A DNA stretch of 64,000 nucleotides from Deltaproteobacteria bacterium (GCA_007693585.1 REDH01000089.1:21323-85322), one strand, 5' to 3'. Counted from the stretch's first letter, positions 9,716 to 20,504 are shown. The notes: generated by a model not told the origin, from the letters alone. Numbers and translations are program-made.

Positions 9716-10767
9716 GATTCATTGCTCCGTCGCAGGGCCAGTCCGACCGCAACACCGGCACGGGGGGACAGGCGCCGGATCCGTTCCGCGTCGAGTCCGC
9801 GGTCCGGGATGGACACGTTGGCGAAGGGATCGATGAGCTCCACCCTGACCCCGCACTGCTCGGCGATGGCACGGCCGAGCCCCGGGAGTTCCGACGAACC
9901 GCCCGTGAGCAGGATGCGACTGAAGGTGGAGGAGGTCGCCGAGGCTGCGTAGAAGTCCAGACTTCGCTGGACCTCCGTGCCGATGCTCGCGCAGATCTGG
10001 TCGAGGATGGTCTCGACCTCCCGCGGCACCACCCCGTCGTCGCCACCGACCTCACCTCGCTTGTAGCTCTCTGCCTGCTCGTAGGTGAGGTTGAGCTGCT
10101 TCTGCAATTCTTCGGTGATGAGCTGTCCGGCCATCGCGATGTCGCGGGTGAACATCGTCATCCCGTCCACGAGGACCGCGATGTTCGTCCACGCGCTCCC
10201 GACATCCACGAGGACACTGGTCTCTCCCGTGGCCAGACCATAGTTCGACTCGAACATGTTCTGCAGCGTGAACGGTCCGGCATCCATGACGAGCGGTTCG
10301 AGCCCGGCTTCGACGGCCACGTTCGCGTAGTCGGCGACGGTGTCCTTCTTCGCCGCGACGAGAAGTACGTCCATCTGGCCCTGTCCGGTCCGGGTCGCGA
10401 GAATCTCCACGTCGAGGTGGACATCCTTCACGTCGAACGGAATGTACTGCTCGGCTTCCCACTGGATCGAATTGTCCAGTTCCTGTCGGCTCATGACCGG
10501 AAGCGTGATCTTCTTGATGATGACCGAGTATCCGGACACCGCAAGAGCACACTCGCGCTGCTTGATGCGGTTGCGCTGGAGAATCTCCCGAATGGCGTCG
10601 ACGACGACGCCACCATTGATGATCGCGCCCTCGACGATCGCTTCGTCCGGAAGCTCCACCATGTCGAAGGCCTGAAGGGCGAGTCCACGCTTGTCCTCCT
10701 TGAGGAGGCAAGCCTTGACTGCACTTGCGCCGATGTCGAGCCCCAGCAGATTCCTGCCCCTTGCCAT
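9712..10767 (-). CDS. pilM: type IV pilus assembly protein PilM (actin-like)
   Basis: GLDIGASAVK, WEAEQYIPF, VLLVAAKK, VDVG, EVQRSLDFY, LTGG, AVGLALR. Confidence 0.96.
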   Translation of the reverse strand: MARGRNLLGLDIGASAVKACLLKEDKRGLALQAFDMVELPDEAIVEGAIINGGVVVDAIREILQRNRIKQRECALAVSGYSVIIKKITLPVMSRQELDNSIQWEAEQYIPFDVKDVHLDVEILATRTGQGQMDVLLVAAKKDTVADYANVAVEAGLEPLVMDAGPFTLQNMFESNYGLATGETSVLVDVGSAWTNIAVLVDGMTMFTRDIAMAGQLITEELQKQLNLTYEQAESYKRGEVGGDDGVVPREVETILDQICASIGTEVQRSLDFYAASATSSTFSRILLTGGSSELPGLGRAIAEQCGVRVELIDPFANVSIPDRGLDAERIRRLSPRAGVAVGLALRRSNES

Positions 10768-10805
10768 TGTATACTCCGTTCAGCAGGAGACGTTCCCGAC
10801 CTCCG

Positions 10806-10833
10806 AATCTAGTGGAGCACCATGACCTGTCAA
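10806..10833 (-). promoter_or_regulatory. candidate sigma70 promoter for pilMNOPQ
   Basis: Minus strand TTGACA-N16-TAGATT, about 40 bp upstream of the pilM ATG. Confidence 0.6.
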
Positions 10834-10961
10834 GAAATCGACCGGAGCACAAACACCTCCCAAGAATCCGTTCTACCGAAGGAATACCGCACACTACCGC
10901 ACTCCGCCGCTGCTATCTTACCTTGGCACACATCACTCCCCATGCCCCTGACGACCCGACC

Positions 10962-12407
10962 ATGACAGCCTCCCCGTCTCCATCGTGCTCCCGGAGCGAC
11001 GCAGCCGACCCCTTCCCCGCACTGTCCGGCTGCAGGAGGATCCTCGTCGTCGACGACGAGGAGAACATTCGGCACATGCTGGCCGTCCTCCTGCGCCGCC
11101 ACGGCTACGACGTCCATGTCTCCGAACAGGCCGAGCAGGCCCTCCAGTTCCTGCGGTCGAGGGTCATCGATCTCGTCCTGAGCGACATCCGCATGCCCGG
11201 ACTCGACGGCCTGCAGCTCGCGGATGCGCTCCTGAAGCGCCCGGACCCCCCCGGACTCGTCCTCATGAGCGCCTTCGGTGCCCACGAACAGGCCATCGAA
11301 GCCATCCGGCGTGGCGCGGACGACTACATCGCCAAACCCTTTCACAACGAGGATCTGCTGTTCGTCCTCCGCAAGGTGGCCGAGAGACGTCTGCTGCGTT
11401 CCGAGAACCTGGCGCTGCGCGCCATCGCCGCCGGACATGCCACGGAGGGAGACCTCATCGCGCGCTCCGAGGCCATGCGGGGGATTCTCCGAATGCTGGA
11501 CAAGGTCGCGCGTCACGATGCCACGGTGCTTCTCTCCGGCGAGAGCGGCACCGGCAAGGAGCGTCTGGCGCGTTCCCTGCACGCCCGCTCTCACCGGTGC
11601 GACGGTCCGTTCGTGGCCATCAACTGTTCCGCAATTCCGGAGACGCTCCTCGAGAGCGAGCTGTTCGGCCATGTCCGCGGCGCCTTCACCGGTGCGGACC
11701 GGGAGCGACAGGGCCTCTTCGAGTCGGCGGCGGGAGGCACCCTGCTCCTCGACGAGATCCACGAGCTGCCGCTTCCTCTCCAGCCCAAGCTCCTGCGGGT
11801 TCTTCAGGAGGGAGAGATCCGGCGGTTGGGGGACACACGGACGCGGCCCATCGACGTGCGGATCGTGGCCGCCGGCAGTCGCCCGCTCGACCAGCTTGTC
11901 GACGAAGGCTCGTTCCGGGACGACCTCTACTACCGTCTGAACGTCATCGCCCTGCACATCCCGCCCCTTCGGGAGCGACGGGACGACATTCCCCCGCTGA
12001 TCGACCGCTTCCTCGCGCGGGCGCGGCTCCGTTTCGAACGCCCCATCGAAGGCTTCAGCTCCGAGGCCATGCGACGGCTGCTGGCGTGGAGCTGGCCCGG
12101 AAACGTCCGCGAACTCGAGAATGTGGTGGAGCGGGCCATCCTGCTGGCCGAATCGGGGCACCTCGACGTGGACACCCTGCCCGATCCCGTGCAGGCCGGA
12201 CCGGCCACCCCTTCCGGTGTGCACGCTCCCCTCCCGGACACCCTGTCCATCAAGGAAGCCACGCGAGCCCTCGAGAAGCACCTCATCGCCAGCGCGCTGC
12301 GACGCACCGGAGGCAACCGCACGCAGGCCTCGCGCCTTCTCGATCTTTCGCACCGCGCGCTGCTCTACAAGATCAGGGACTACTTCCCGGACGGAGCACC
12401 GGAGTGA
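10962..12407 (+). CDS. sigma54-dependent response regulator (NtrC/PilR family; PilR2-like)
   Basis: REC domain (VVDDE, SDIRMPG, KPF); AAA+ with GESGTGKE, ESELFGHVRGAFTGA, LLLDEI, WPGNVRELEN; Fis-type HTH GNRTQASRLL. Confidence 0.93.
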   Translation: MTASPSPSCSRSDAADPFPALSGCRRILVVDDEENIRHMLAVLLRRHGYDVHVSEQAEQALQFLRSRVIDLVLSDIRMPGLDGLQLADALLKRPDPPGLVLMSAFGAHEQAIEAIRRGADDYIAKPFHNEDLLFVLRKVAERRLLRSENLALRAIAAGHATEGDLIARSEAMRGILRMLDKVARHDATVLLSGESGTGKERLARSLHARSHRCDGPFVAINCSAIPETLLESELFGHVRGAFTGADRERQGLFESAAGGTLLLDEIHELPLPLQPKLLRVLQEGEIRRLGDTRTRPIDVRIVAAGSRPLDQLVDEGSFRDDLYYRLNVIALHIPPLRERRDDIPPLIDRFLARARLRFERPIEGFSSEAMRRLLAWSWPGNVRELENVVERAILLAESGHLDVDTLPDPVQAGPATPSGVHAPLPDTLSIKEATRALEKHLIASALRRTGGNRTQASRLLDLSHRALLYKIRDYFPDGAPE

Positions 12408-13753
12408 GCGGATTCGGCGACCAGCGGGAGCATGACCCGGACCCTGGTCCCTTCACCGGGCGAACTGTGGATCTCCAGCCTCCCCCCCATCTGTTCGACC
12501 AGGCGCTCGCTCAACGGAAGTCCGAGCCCGGTGCCGCGGCCGGGTTCGCGGGTGGTGAAGAAGGGATCGAGGGCGGCCTCCAGGACCTCATCGGTCATGC
12601 CTTCGCCGTCATCCTCGATCTCGAGCCGAAGCTGGTCCCCGACCGCCTCGATGTCGACGCCGATGGCACCACCCGCACCCGTCGCTTCGCAGGCATTGAG
12701 GATCAGGTTGAGCAGAACCTGCCGCAGTCCATCCGGGCACGCGAGCACGAGCCGGGGCTCGTCGGACTTCCGGATGGCCAATTCGCGTCCACGGCACCGC
12801 TCGTCGTGCCTGACAAGGGAGAGCGCGTCGGCGGCCACGGTCGCGGCGTCCACCTCCTGAAGGCGGAGAGACGGGGGCCTCGCATAGGTGAGCAGGGACC
12901 GGAGCAGGTCCTCCATCCGGGACAGCTCCCGGGTTGACCGTTCGAGCAGATCCCGCTCCTCTGCTCCCTCGACCGACTCTTCGACCAGCCGCAGCATTCC
13001 GCGCACGGCGGCGATCGGATTGCCCAGTTCATGGGCCAGACCGGCCGCTAGCCGGCCCACGGCGGCGAGATGCTCGGCACGCATCGCCTCTCTGCGCGCA
13101 GCGCGCAGGGCGATGTTGGACTCCGTCAGCTCAACGGCGCGCGACTCCAGATCCGCCCGGACCGTATCGAGACGATCCAGCATCTCGTTGAAGCGACGCG
13201 CCAGCTCTCGCACCTCGCCCCGCCCCTCGACCGGGACTCTCGCACCCGCCTGTCCGGCCGTAACGCGCTGAGCCGCACGAGCGATCCGCTCGACGGGGCG
13301 GGTGACCCACCGCGTGAGCAGGACACCACCCACCAGAAGCGAGAGCAGCAGAGACAGCGTCAGATAGGCCACCAGGACCTTGCGCAGCGCAGCCCACTCG
13401 CGCGGAAGGGCAAGCGCCTCGATCACGATCGCCACCTCATCTTCTCCTTCGACCTCCACGAGACGTCCCGGGACCGAACCGCCATCGCAGGTGGGCGAAC
13501 CGGGGGAGCCATGGACAACCCGCGTCTCCAGGCCGAGCCTTCGCGCGACCGCACAGGGCGACTCGTCCGTACCGTCACTCCGAAGCGCTGCGGCGACGAT
13601 CGTTGCCTCCGCGTCGGCGACGGAGCGGGCTGCAAGCATTCGGCCGGCATCCATGATGCCCATCGTGAGCACGACGACACCGGCGAAGACGAGCAGGCCG
13701 GCACCCAGCATACCAAGGATCAGCTGTCCGCGTAGTCCGGGGCGCATCGTCAT
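12380..13753 (-). CDS. HAMP sensor histidine kinase (PilS2-like)
   Basis: Two TM helices, HAMP, H-box LAHELGNP, N-box QVLLNLILNA, DDGEG, PFFTT, GTGLGL. Confidence 0.93.
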   Translation of the reverse strand: MTMRPGLRGQLILGMLGAGLLVFAGVVVLTMGIMDAGRMLAARSVADAEATIVAAALRSDGTDESPCAVARRLGLETRVVHGSPGSPTCDGGSVPGRLVEVEGEDEVAIVIEALALPREWAALRKVLVAYLTLSLLLSLLVGGVLLTRWVTRPVERIARAAQRVTAGQAGARVPVEGRGEVRELARRFNEMLDRLDTVRADLESRAVELTESNIALRAARREAMRAEHLAAVGRLAAGLAHELGNPIAAVRGMLRLVEESVEGAEERDLLERSTRELSRMEDLLRSLLTYARPPSLRLQEVDAATVAADALSLVRHDERCRGRELAIRKSDEPRLVLACPDGLRQVLLNLILNACEATGAGGAIGVDIEAVGDQLRLEIEDDGEGMTDEVLEAALDPFFTTREPGRGTGLGLPLSERLVEQMGGRLEIHSSPGEGTRVRVMLPLVAESAHSGAPSGK

Positions 13754-13783
13754 TCCTCCGGGGCCTGTGCATGCCGGTGCCGT

Positions 13784-14989
13784 TCACCAGGGCATGTAGC
13801 CACCTCCCAGCCAGAGCAGGAATGTCCTGCCAAGGAAGATGTACTGCACGGCGGCGAGCGCCAGGAACGGGCCAAAGGGGATGGCCAACTGCCCGAAGCG
13901 CTCGGGCTCCTCGTCGTGCGTCGTCGCCTCGGCCACTGGCGACGCTTCATCCCGCGTCGTCGCCTCGACGGCTGGCGCTGTCTGATCACCCGCCGCACGG
14001 GAGCCTCCGTTTCTCGTCGAAGGGTCATCTCCATCGATCGCGTGGGCACCGGTACCGGAGTCGTCGGCACGGGCTTCGTTCGTGGAGGTCTCGTGGCCGG
14101 GGTGCGGGTCGGGGGTGGCCTCCGGGCTGGACCCTGAAGGTTCCTCCCAGAACTCCGGCTTCCACGCTCCCTTGCGAAGGAACCCCTCGGCCTTCGACGA
14201 CTCGGCCTGCCGACCACTCAGGACCGCGGCGAGGAGAGCCGCCGCGAGCCCCTGAAGCGATGCCGCCAGGAGCACGAACAGAAGGGACTGCCACCCGAGA
14301 TTGGCACCGATCATGCCCATCATGGTAAAGTCTCCGCCTCCGATCCCGGCACGACCGGTGAGGGCGAAGTAGCCCTTGAACACGGCAAGGATCACCCCCG
14401 CACCCAGCAGGAGTCCGATGACGCTGTCGACGATGTCGACCCCCGGGTGGAAGTCGATGAACGTCCCCGTGCGCGGCATCAGCAGCGCCGCGACAAGCCC
14501 GAGCGCCATGGTGGGGAAGGTGATGCTGTGCGGAATGATGGTGAGGTCGAGGTCGATGAACGTGATCGCCACGCAGGCCAGCACGAAGAAGAAGAGGAGG
14601 AGCCAGGGCACCGCGATCACCTGAAGCGGTTCGACGCCGAGGCGACCATGAGCGACGTGCCACCAGAGGGCGGTGGACAGGAGGGCGACGAGCAGCTCGA
14701 CAGCGGGATACCGGAAGGAGATCGGCGCCTTGCAGTCCCTGCAGCGTGCCCGCAACAGCAGCCAGGAGAGGATCGGAATATTGTCGCGCCAGCGGACCGG
14801 ATGACCACAGTGTGGACAATGGCTGTCGGGTCGGGCGAGATTCATGCCGCGTGGCAGACGCCAGATCACCACATTGAGAAAGCTTCCCCAGATGGCCCCC
14901 CACACGAACGCATACGCAAGCAGCAGGGGCATCAGCGCGGCGGCGTGTTCCGGTGCATCGAGCTGGTGGGCGAGCGGCTCCACGGGCAT
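13784..14989 (-). CDS. pilD: prepilin peptidase/N-methyltransferase
   Basis: GSFLNVVIWRLP, CPHC...CRDC, IDLD, GGGD, IPFGPFL; long acidic insert before the last motif; start trimmed to ATG 14989. Confidence 0.95.
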   Translation of the reverse strand: MPVEPLAHQLDAPEHAAALMPLLLAYAFVWGAIWGSFLNVVIWRLPRGMNLARPDSHCPHCGHPVRWRDNIPILSWLLLRARCRDCKAPISFRYPAVELLVALLSTALWWHVAHGRLGVEPLQVIAVPWLLLFFFVLACVAITFIDLDLTIIPHSITFPTMALGLVAALLMPRTGTFIDFHPGVDIVDSVIGLLLGAGVILAVFKGYFALTGRAGIGGGDFTMMGMIGANLGWQSLLFVLLAASLQGLAAALLAAVLSGRQAESSKAEGFLRKGAWKPEFWEEPSGSSPEATPDPHPGHETSTNEARADDSGTGAHAIDGDDPSTRNGGSRAAGDQTAPAVEATTRDEASPVAEATTHDEEPERFGQLAIPFGPFLALAAVQYIFLGRTFLLWLGGGYMPW

Positions 14990-15012
14990 CTTCTCGCGTA
15001 ACGGGGTTCTTC

Positions 15013-15498
15013 GTGGATGAACGCCTCCCACTGGAGGAGCGGGGTCGCATTCACCCGGGCTTGCTCTTCGGCTGCTTTGCCGCCCTGACGACTCTTGCGG
15101 GGTTGATCGGCATCGTCGAGACGTGGCCGTGGCGGCCTGATCTCGTTCCTGCCTGGACCGCCATGTACCTCGCGATCCTCTTCTTTGCCAATGCGTATCG
15201 CCTTTCGTGGGGCAAGCGGCAGTGGTGGCGCGCGTTCCTTCGCCTTCTCACGACCATGGGTGGCGTGGCCTCTGCTGCGTTCGTGCACTTCGCCGAGCTG
15301 CGTGGTGGGCCGGTGGGTGTGCTCGGCGAGCTGGTGGAGCGACCGCCCTCCCCTGCCCATCACGTGGCCTTCCTCTGCGTTCTGACCGCTGGCGCCCTTC
15401 TGGTTCTGCACGCCGTGTTTCTGGGCCATGGGCAGCGGTGGCGGCGCCAGAGGCGCCACCGGGGGGACGAGGACGGGAACGTGGACGCCGAGGCCTGA
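15013..15498 (+). CDS. hypothetical membrane protein (~4 TM)
   Basis: Four hydrophobic segments; start uncertain (GTG 15013 chosen to avoid overlapping pilD). Confidence 0.6.
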   Translation: MDERLPLEERGRIHPGLLFGCFAALTTLAGLIGIVETWPWRPDLVPAWTAMYLAILFFANAYRLSWGKRQWWRAFLRLLTTMGGVASAAFVHFAELRGGPVGVLGELVERPPSPAHHVAFLCVLTAGALLVLHAVFLGHGQRWRRQRRHRGDEDGNVDAEA

Positions 15499-15658
15499 GC
15501 GGAGCGATCAGGCGAGGCAGCAGCCTCCTGCGCGGCCCCGTCTCCGCTGGCCGGTACCGGTGGTCGACAAGCGCAGGCCGGGAGCCCGGTTCGTCGCGGG
15601 ATGATCCGGTCGAGCGCGCGCGCGAGGATTCGGCGGCAGCGGCCCGCTTCGCGGGTGG

Positions 15659-16951
15659 CTACGGAATGATCCGGTCGAGCATGCGCGGAAAGGGGATGGT
15701 CTCGCGGACGTGGTGCAGGCCGCAGATCCATGCGACGGCGCGCTCGATCCCCATGCCGAACCCACCGTGCGGAACCGAGCCGTACCGCCGCAGGTCGAGG
15801 TACCAGGAGAAGGCTTCCAGCGGCAGGTCGTGGGCCGCGATGGCATCGTGGAGGGTCTGGTAGTCGTCTTCACGCTGGCCGCCACCAATGATCTCGCCGT
15901 ATCCTTCCGGGGCGAGCATGTCGACACAGAGGGCGCGGTCGGGCCGCTCCGGATCGCCCTTCATGTAGAAGGCCTTGATGTCCCGGGGATACCGGTGAAC
16001 GAGGATCGGCGTATCGTACTGCTGCGTGAGGATCGTCTCGTCATCAGCGCCGAAGTCATCCCCGTACTGGATGTCGGACCCCAGAGACTGAAGCTGGGCG
16101 ACAGCGTCGGCATAGTCCACCCGGGGAAACGGCTCGGTGCAGCGCTCGAGCGGGGCGATGTCACGCTCGAGCAGCCGGAGCTCCGATTGCCGCCGCTCGA
16201 GGACACGCTCGACGATGCTTCGCACCATCCGCTCGGCGAGGTCCATGATGCCATCCAGTTCGAGGAAGGCGGCCTCCGGCTCCACCATCCAGAACTCGGT
16301 CAGGTGCCGACGCGTCTTCGACTTCTCGGCGCGGAAGGTCGGCCCGAAGCAGTACACTCTGCCGAAGGCCATCGCCGCGGCCTCGTTGTAGAGCTGGCCC
16401 GACTGGGTGAGGTAGGCCATCCGGGAGAAGTACTGCGTCTCGAAGAGTGTCGTCGTTCCTTCGCACGCCGCGGGCGTGAAGATGGGGGCGTCCACGAGGA
16501 GGTAGCCCTCACCGTCGAGAAAGTCGCGTGTGGCAGCGATGATCTCCGCCCGGATGCGCAGAATGGCGTGCTGTCTGCGGGAACGCATCCACAGGTGCCT
16601 GTTCTCCATGAGAAAGGCAACCCCATGCTCCTTGGGCGAGATCGGGTACTCTTCGGCCTCCTGAAGGACCTCGAGGGTCTGAATGCCGAGCTCGTAGCCC
16701 AGGGGAGAGCGTTCGTCACGCTTCACTGTTCCGGTGACGATGATGGACGACTCCTGAGGGAGTCGCCGGGCGGCGTCGAACATCGCTTCATCCACGTCAC
16801 CCTTGAACATGACCGCCTGAATGACCCCGCTGCCGTCCCGGACCTGCAGGAAGTGGAGCTTTCCGCTGGAGCGCCTGTTGTAGAGCCACCCGCGGAGGGT
16901 GACGGTCTCCCCCTCGTGTCGATGGACGTCTTCGATGTGAACGGTGGGCAT
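15659..16951 (-). CDS. asnS: asparagine--tRNA ligase
   Basis: OB fold ([12 protein letters not shown]), [55 protein letters not shown]. Confidence 0.96.
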   Translation of the reverse strand: MPTVHIEDVHRHEGETVTLRGWLYNRRSSGKLHFLQVRDGSGVIQAVMFKGDVDEAMFDAARRLPQESSIIVTGTVKRDERSPLGYELGIQTLEVLQEAEEYPISPKEHGVAFLMENRHLWMRSRRQHAILRIRAEIIAATRDFLDGEGYLLVDAPIFTPAACEGTTTLFETQYFSRMAYLTQSGQLYNEAAAMAFGRVYCFGPTFRAEKSKTRRHLTEFWMVEPEAAFLELDGIMDLAERMVRSIVERVLERRQSELRLLERDIAPLERCTEPFPRVDYADAVAQLQSLGSDIQYGDDFGADDETILTQQYDTPILVHRYPRDIKAFYMKGDPERPDRALCVDMLAPEGYGEIIGGGQREDDYQTLHDAIAAHDLPLEAFSWYLDLRRYGSVPHGGFGMGIERAVAWICGLHHVRETIPFPRMLDRIIP

Positions 16952-17044
16952 GGAGCACTCGTGCGATGGCGTGGATGCGATTCGGGACGCGTCCGAGCGG
17001 GACGCGTCCACCGGGGCCCGCACGCGGGCCGCGCCTTGTTCGCG

Positions 17045-17073
17045 GGCATAGTCCGGAGAGACTCCGGTTTCAA
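17045..17073 (-). promoter_or_regulatory. candidate asnS promoter with a palindrome in the spacer
   Basis: Minus strand TTGAAA-N17-TATGCC; the spacer contains the inverted repeat CCGGAG-N3-CTCCGG (17053..17067). Confidence 0.4.
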
Positions 17074-17202
17074 CCATCGACCAGCTTGTCATGGCCTCGG
17101 GGCCCGTGCACACTCCCTGCTCTCCGGACGGAATGACGTTCCCGTGCGGGTGACGGTGAACGCGATCCCTCCCGGGTCGCACTCGGCAACGGGGAAGTGC
17201 GG

Positions 17203-18255
17203 ATGGCGAGAGGCAGGGAGTCACGCATCGAGGAGGGGCGGGCCTTCTTTCGGAGGCTGGCGAAGGAAGGCCCTTGGGCGCCGGTCTTCCTGATCACCGG
17301 AGAGGAGTCATTCCTGCGAGGGGTGGCGGTGGAGCGCCTGTGCGCGTCCGTCGAGGTCAACGAGTTCAACCGCAGTGTCTTCCGTGGCGGAGAGGCGAAG
17401 GGCGAGGACATCGTGACGGCGGCGAGCATGGTGCCGATGCTCGGCGATCGTCGACTCGTGGTCGTCCGGGAAGTGAACGCCCTCGCCGCGCAGGATCTCG
17501 GGCAGGTCGCGGCGTTCGTCGAAGCCGCCGCTGCGTCGACCCTGCTGGTTCTGGAGGGCGAGACGCTGGATGGCCGCCAGAAGGCTGTTCAGCGGATCCA
17601 GCGCTCGCCGGCGGTCGAACGGATCGATTTCCCGAGGCTGTACGATCGCGAGGTCTGTCAATGGGTGGCCCGAAGGGCGAAGGGGCGGGGGCTCGTGCTT
17701 GCGCGCGAGGTGCCCCCGTGGCTGGTGGAGGCTCTCGGCACGCAGCTCGGAGAACTGGATCGTGCCCTGGAGCGCATCGATCTCTATCTGGGTGCTCCGG
17801 ATCATGAAGGGCGCCGCGAGGTCACACTCGATCTGGTGCAGGAGGTGATCACGGAGACGCGGGCGCGCAGTGTCTTCGAGCTGACGGACGCCCTGTCGGA
17901 GCGGGACCTGGGACGAAGCGCGGTGATCATCGATGAGATGCTGCGAAGGCAGGAGAGTCCGATCGGTGCGGTGACGATGATCGCCCGCCAGTTCCGGCAG
18001 CTCCGGCTGGCGCTGGCGGGACGGGCAAGGGGCCTGCGCGGGCGCGAGCTGGCGTCCTGGTGCGGTTGTCCGCCGTTTCGCGTGCAGGCGGTGGAGCGTG
18101 CGGCGCGTGCGTTCAGCGAGCACGAGCTGGAGGACATCCTGCTGCGCTGTGCGAAGGCGGACGGTTTGCTCAAGTCCAGCCGACTGCCCGACCGCCTGCA
18201 TCTCGAGTCCCTGCTGCTGCAGATCTGTCGACCGCCTCGGCAGCAGGGCTCCTGA
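17203..18255 (+). CDS. holA: DNA polymerase III subunit delta
   Basis: [41 protein letters not shown]; convergent with rpsT as is common. Confidence 0.9.
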   Translation: MARGRESRIEEGRAFFRRLAKEGPWAPVFLITGEESFLRGVAVERLCASVEVNEFNRSVFRGGEAKGEDIVTAASMVPMLGDRRLVVVREVNALAAQDLGQVAAFVEAAAASTLLVLEGETLDGRQKAVQRIQRSPAVERIDFPRLYDREVCQWVARRAKGRGLVLAREVPPWLVEALGTQLGELDRALERIDLYLGAPDHEGRREVTLDLVQEVITETRARSVFELTDALSERDLGRSAVIIDEMLRRQESPIGAVTMIARQFRQLRLALAGRARGLRGRELASWCGCPPFRVQAVERAARAFSEHELEDILLRCAKADGLLKSSRLPDRLHLESLLLQICRPPRQQGS

Positions 18256-18496
18256 CGGGGCGACCCGGGCCCGGATGCATCGGGACGGCGCCGGACCGGT
18301 CGGTCGAGCGCCACACCGGACGACCGGAGTCGTGCGTGGGGTTGGGGGGATCGGACCGGCCGGCGGAGGTCAGGAGCCGGGCATCCGCTTCGGACCTCCG
18401 GCGGTTGTCGGGTGACGCGAGACGCCGCGGCAATCGGCTGTGGTCTCGGACCCGTCCGGCGCGCGTGTCCTTCCGGTCTGCCGCCCGATGCGGTGT

Positions 18497-18772
18497 CTAC
18501 GCCTGTCCGTTCCCGGCCTGGTTGACGAACCGGGTGAGCCTCGAGATGCGCCGGCTCGCCTGGTTTCGATGGATGATCCCCTTCGACCGCACCTTGCCGA
18601 TGAGCCGGACGGCCTTCTGGAGGTTCGTGCGGGCCTCGTCGAGGTTTCCGGTGCCGACGGCGGCACGGACCTTCCTGATGGAGGTGCGCATGCTGGTTCG
18701 CCAGTAGCGGTTGCGGATGCGACGCTTTTCGTTCTGGCGGATGCGCTTCTTGGCGGACTTGTGGTTGGCCAC
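18497..18772 (-). CDS. rpsT: 30S ribosomal protein S20
   Basis: MANHKSAKKRIRQNEKRR...KGIIHRNQASRRISRL. Confidence 0.97.
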   Translation of the reverse strand: MANHKSAKKRIRQNEKRRIRNRYWRTSMRTSIRKVRAAVGTGNLDEARTNLQKAVRLIGKVRSKGIIHRNQASRRISRLTRFVNQAGNGQA

Positions 18773-18922
18773 GACGGGAACTCCGAAGACGAAGGGAACG
18801 TAGGCCGCGTTGCGGGCTTGCGGCGATGAGGTTACGAGCGACAGCGTCCCGGCGCGGAGACCAGGCTCCTCGACGGGGAATGCGCCGAGCTGGAGATTGC
18901 GCTCCGTCCCGGCGGGCGGAGG

Positions 18923-18951
18923 GAGCTAGCATGTGCGCGCGACAATGTCAA
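18923..18951 (-). promoter_or_regulatory. candidate sigma70 promoter for rpsT
   Basis: Minus strand TTGACA-N17-TAGCTC with an extended -10 TGn. Confidence 0.65.
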
Positions 18952-19012
18952 TGGTGCCACTCGCCGGCGCGGTGGTGTCCGGAGGGATGGGATCGGAGAC
19001 CCGGAGGAGCGG

Positions 19013-20290
19013 ATGGCTGTGGGACTGCTGTTGGTGGGCGAGGAGCTTCTGGACGGCCGGATCGCGGATCGGAATGGTCCGGAGCTTGGGCGCCGGTGCC
19101 GCGCGGCCGGGGTTCGGCTGCTGGAGATCCGCACGGTCGCGGACGATCCCGCGCGGGTCGCGGAGGCCGTCCGGGAGTTGGGGGTGCGCGCGCAGCTCGT
19201 GGTGGTGAGCGGGGGGCTTGGGCCGACGCTCGACGACACCACGCGCGAGGGGCTTGCGATGGCGCTGGGGGTGGAGCTGGAGCGCCGGGAGCCGCTCGTG
19301 GAGCGCCTTCGGACGCGCTATGGTCTTCGCGGGATCGCGCTCACGGAGGCCAACCTTCGCCAGGCGGACGTCCCGCGAGGTTCCACGACGCTCGAGAACC
19401 GCACGGGAACCGCGGAGGGCTTCCTGTGCAGGAGCGGCTCGCTGCAGGTCGTGGCGCTCCCGGGGGTGCCCTCGGAGTTTCGGGAGATGGTGGAGCGACA
19501 TGTCCTGCCGCTGCTGGTCGGGGGGCGCCTTCGCCACTACCGGCGCGCCACGCTGCTCGGGCTTCGGGAGAGCGAGCTGGCGGGGCTCGTCGAGGCGGTG
19601 GAGCTCCCGGCCACGATCCGGGTGACCTACTGCGCACGTTTTCCGGTCGTCGAGCTGGAGTGGAGCGGGCCGGACGAGGGCGAGCTCGATGCGCACTGGG
19701 AGCGAATGGCTTCGGAGCTTTCTCCCTGGTCGATCCCCGGGGCGTGCGCCACCCCGGCCGAGGCCGTGATCACGCGGGGAAGAGAGGAGGGGTGGACCGT
19801 CGCCACGGCGGAGAGCTGCACCGGGGGGCTCATCTCCTCCCGACTCACGGACGTCGCGGGATCCTCCGCGGTCTTCCTGCAGGGCTGGGTCACGTATTCG
19901 AATGCGGCCAAGACGAGTCAGCTCGGCGTGCCGGAGCCCATGCTGGACCGGTGCGGTGCGGTCAGCGCCGACGTGGCGCTTGCGATGGCACGTGGCGCGC
20001 GGCAGCGATCCGGCGCGGACATGGCGCTCGCGGTGAGCGGGATCGCCGGACCGGACGGTGGCTCGCCAGACAAGCCCGTGGGAACGGTGCACCTCGCCGC
20101 TGTCGACGGGTCCGGATCCGTGCAGGTGTTCGCCGTGTTCGCCCGCCAGTCGCGTCCCGCCTTCAAGCGCCTGGTGGCCAACCTGGGAGAGCTGATGCTG
20201 CTCCGCCTGCGCGACGGCGCTCCCGACACCCTCGACAGGCTGTCGGGCGTCCGCGAGGTGACGGTCGCTCCATCGGACGGAGTACGATGA
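19013..20290 (+). CDS. cinA: CinA family protein (MocF-like domain + PncC NMN deamidase)
   Basis: VGEELLDG, SGGLGPTLDD, LPGVPSE, TAESCTGG, YSNAAK, GAVS, SGIAGPDGG, KPVGTV. Confidence 0.93.
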   Translation: MAVGLLLVGEELLDGRIADRNGPELGRRCRAAGVRLLEIRTVADDPARVAEAVRELGVRAQLVVVSGGLGPTLDDTTREGLAMALGVELERREPLVERLRTRYGLRGIALTEANLRQADVPRGSTTLENRTGTAEGFLCRSGSLQVVALPGVPSEFREMVERHVLPLLVGGRLRHYRRATLLGLRESELAGLVEAVELPATIRVTYCARFPVVELEWSGPDEGELDAHWERMASELSPWSIPGACATPAEAVITRGREEGWTVATAESCTGGLISSRLTDVAGSSAVFLQGWVTYSNAAKTSQLGVPEPMLDRCGAVSADVALAMARGARQRSGADMALAVSGIAGPDGGSPDKPVGTVHLAAVDGSGSVQVFAVFARQSRPAFKRLVANLGELMLLRLRDGAPDTLDRLSGVREVTVAPSDGVR

Positions 20291-20504
20291 CGGCGGACGT
20301 ACTCGACGCCTGGCTCATGCACACCGCCTGCCTCGAGCCGAGCGGGCGTGATCGGCCCGTCGATCTCTCCGGCACCCCGAAGAACAGCACGTCGTGCATC
20401 TGCGATGGTTGACGCGGAAGGTCGGGCCACACAGGGTGCGCGTCCGGGGCCTGTCCCGTGCATGCCGGTGCCCTGTACCCTCCCCGTCGGTCGGAGTCTG
20501 GCCC

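Noticed and set aside
10923..10940. TTGGCAC upstream of the PilR-like gene as a sigma54 promoter
   Set aside because: No TTGC/GC at the -12 position.
18256..18496. GC-rich inverted repeats between holA and rpsT (CGGAGGTC...GACCTCCG)
   Set aside because: No U-tract and no known ncRNA motif; not enough to call a terminator or sRNA.
20287..20412. 41-aa ORF with an ATGA overlap at the cinA stop
   Set aside because: No recognisable motif and could arise by chance; would need conservation or Ribo-seq evidence.
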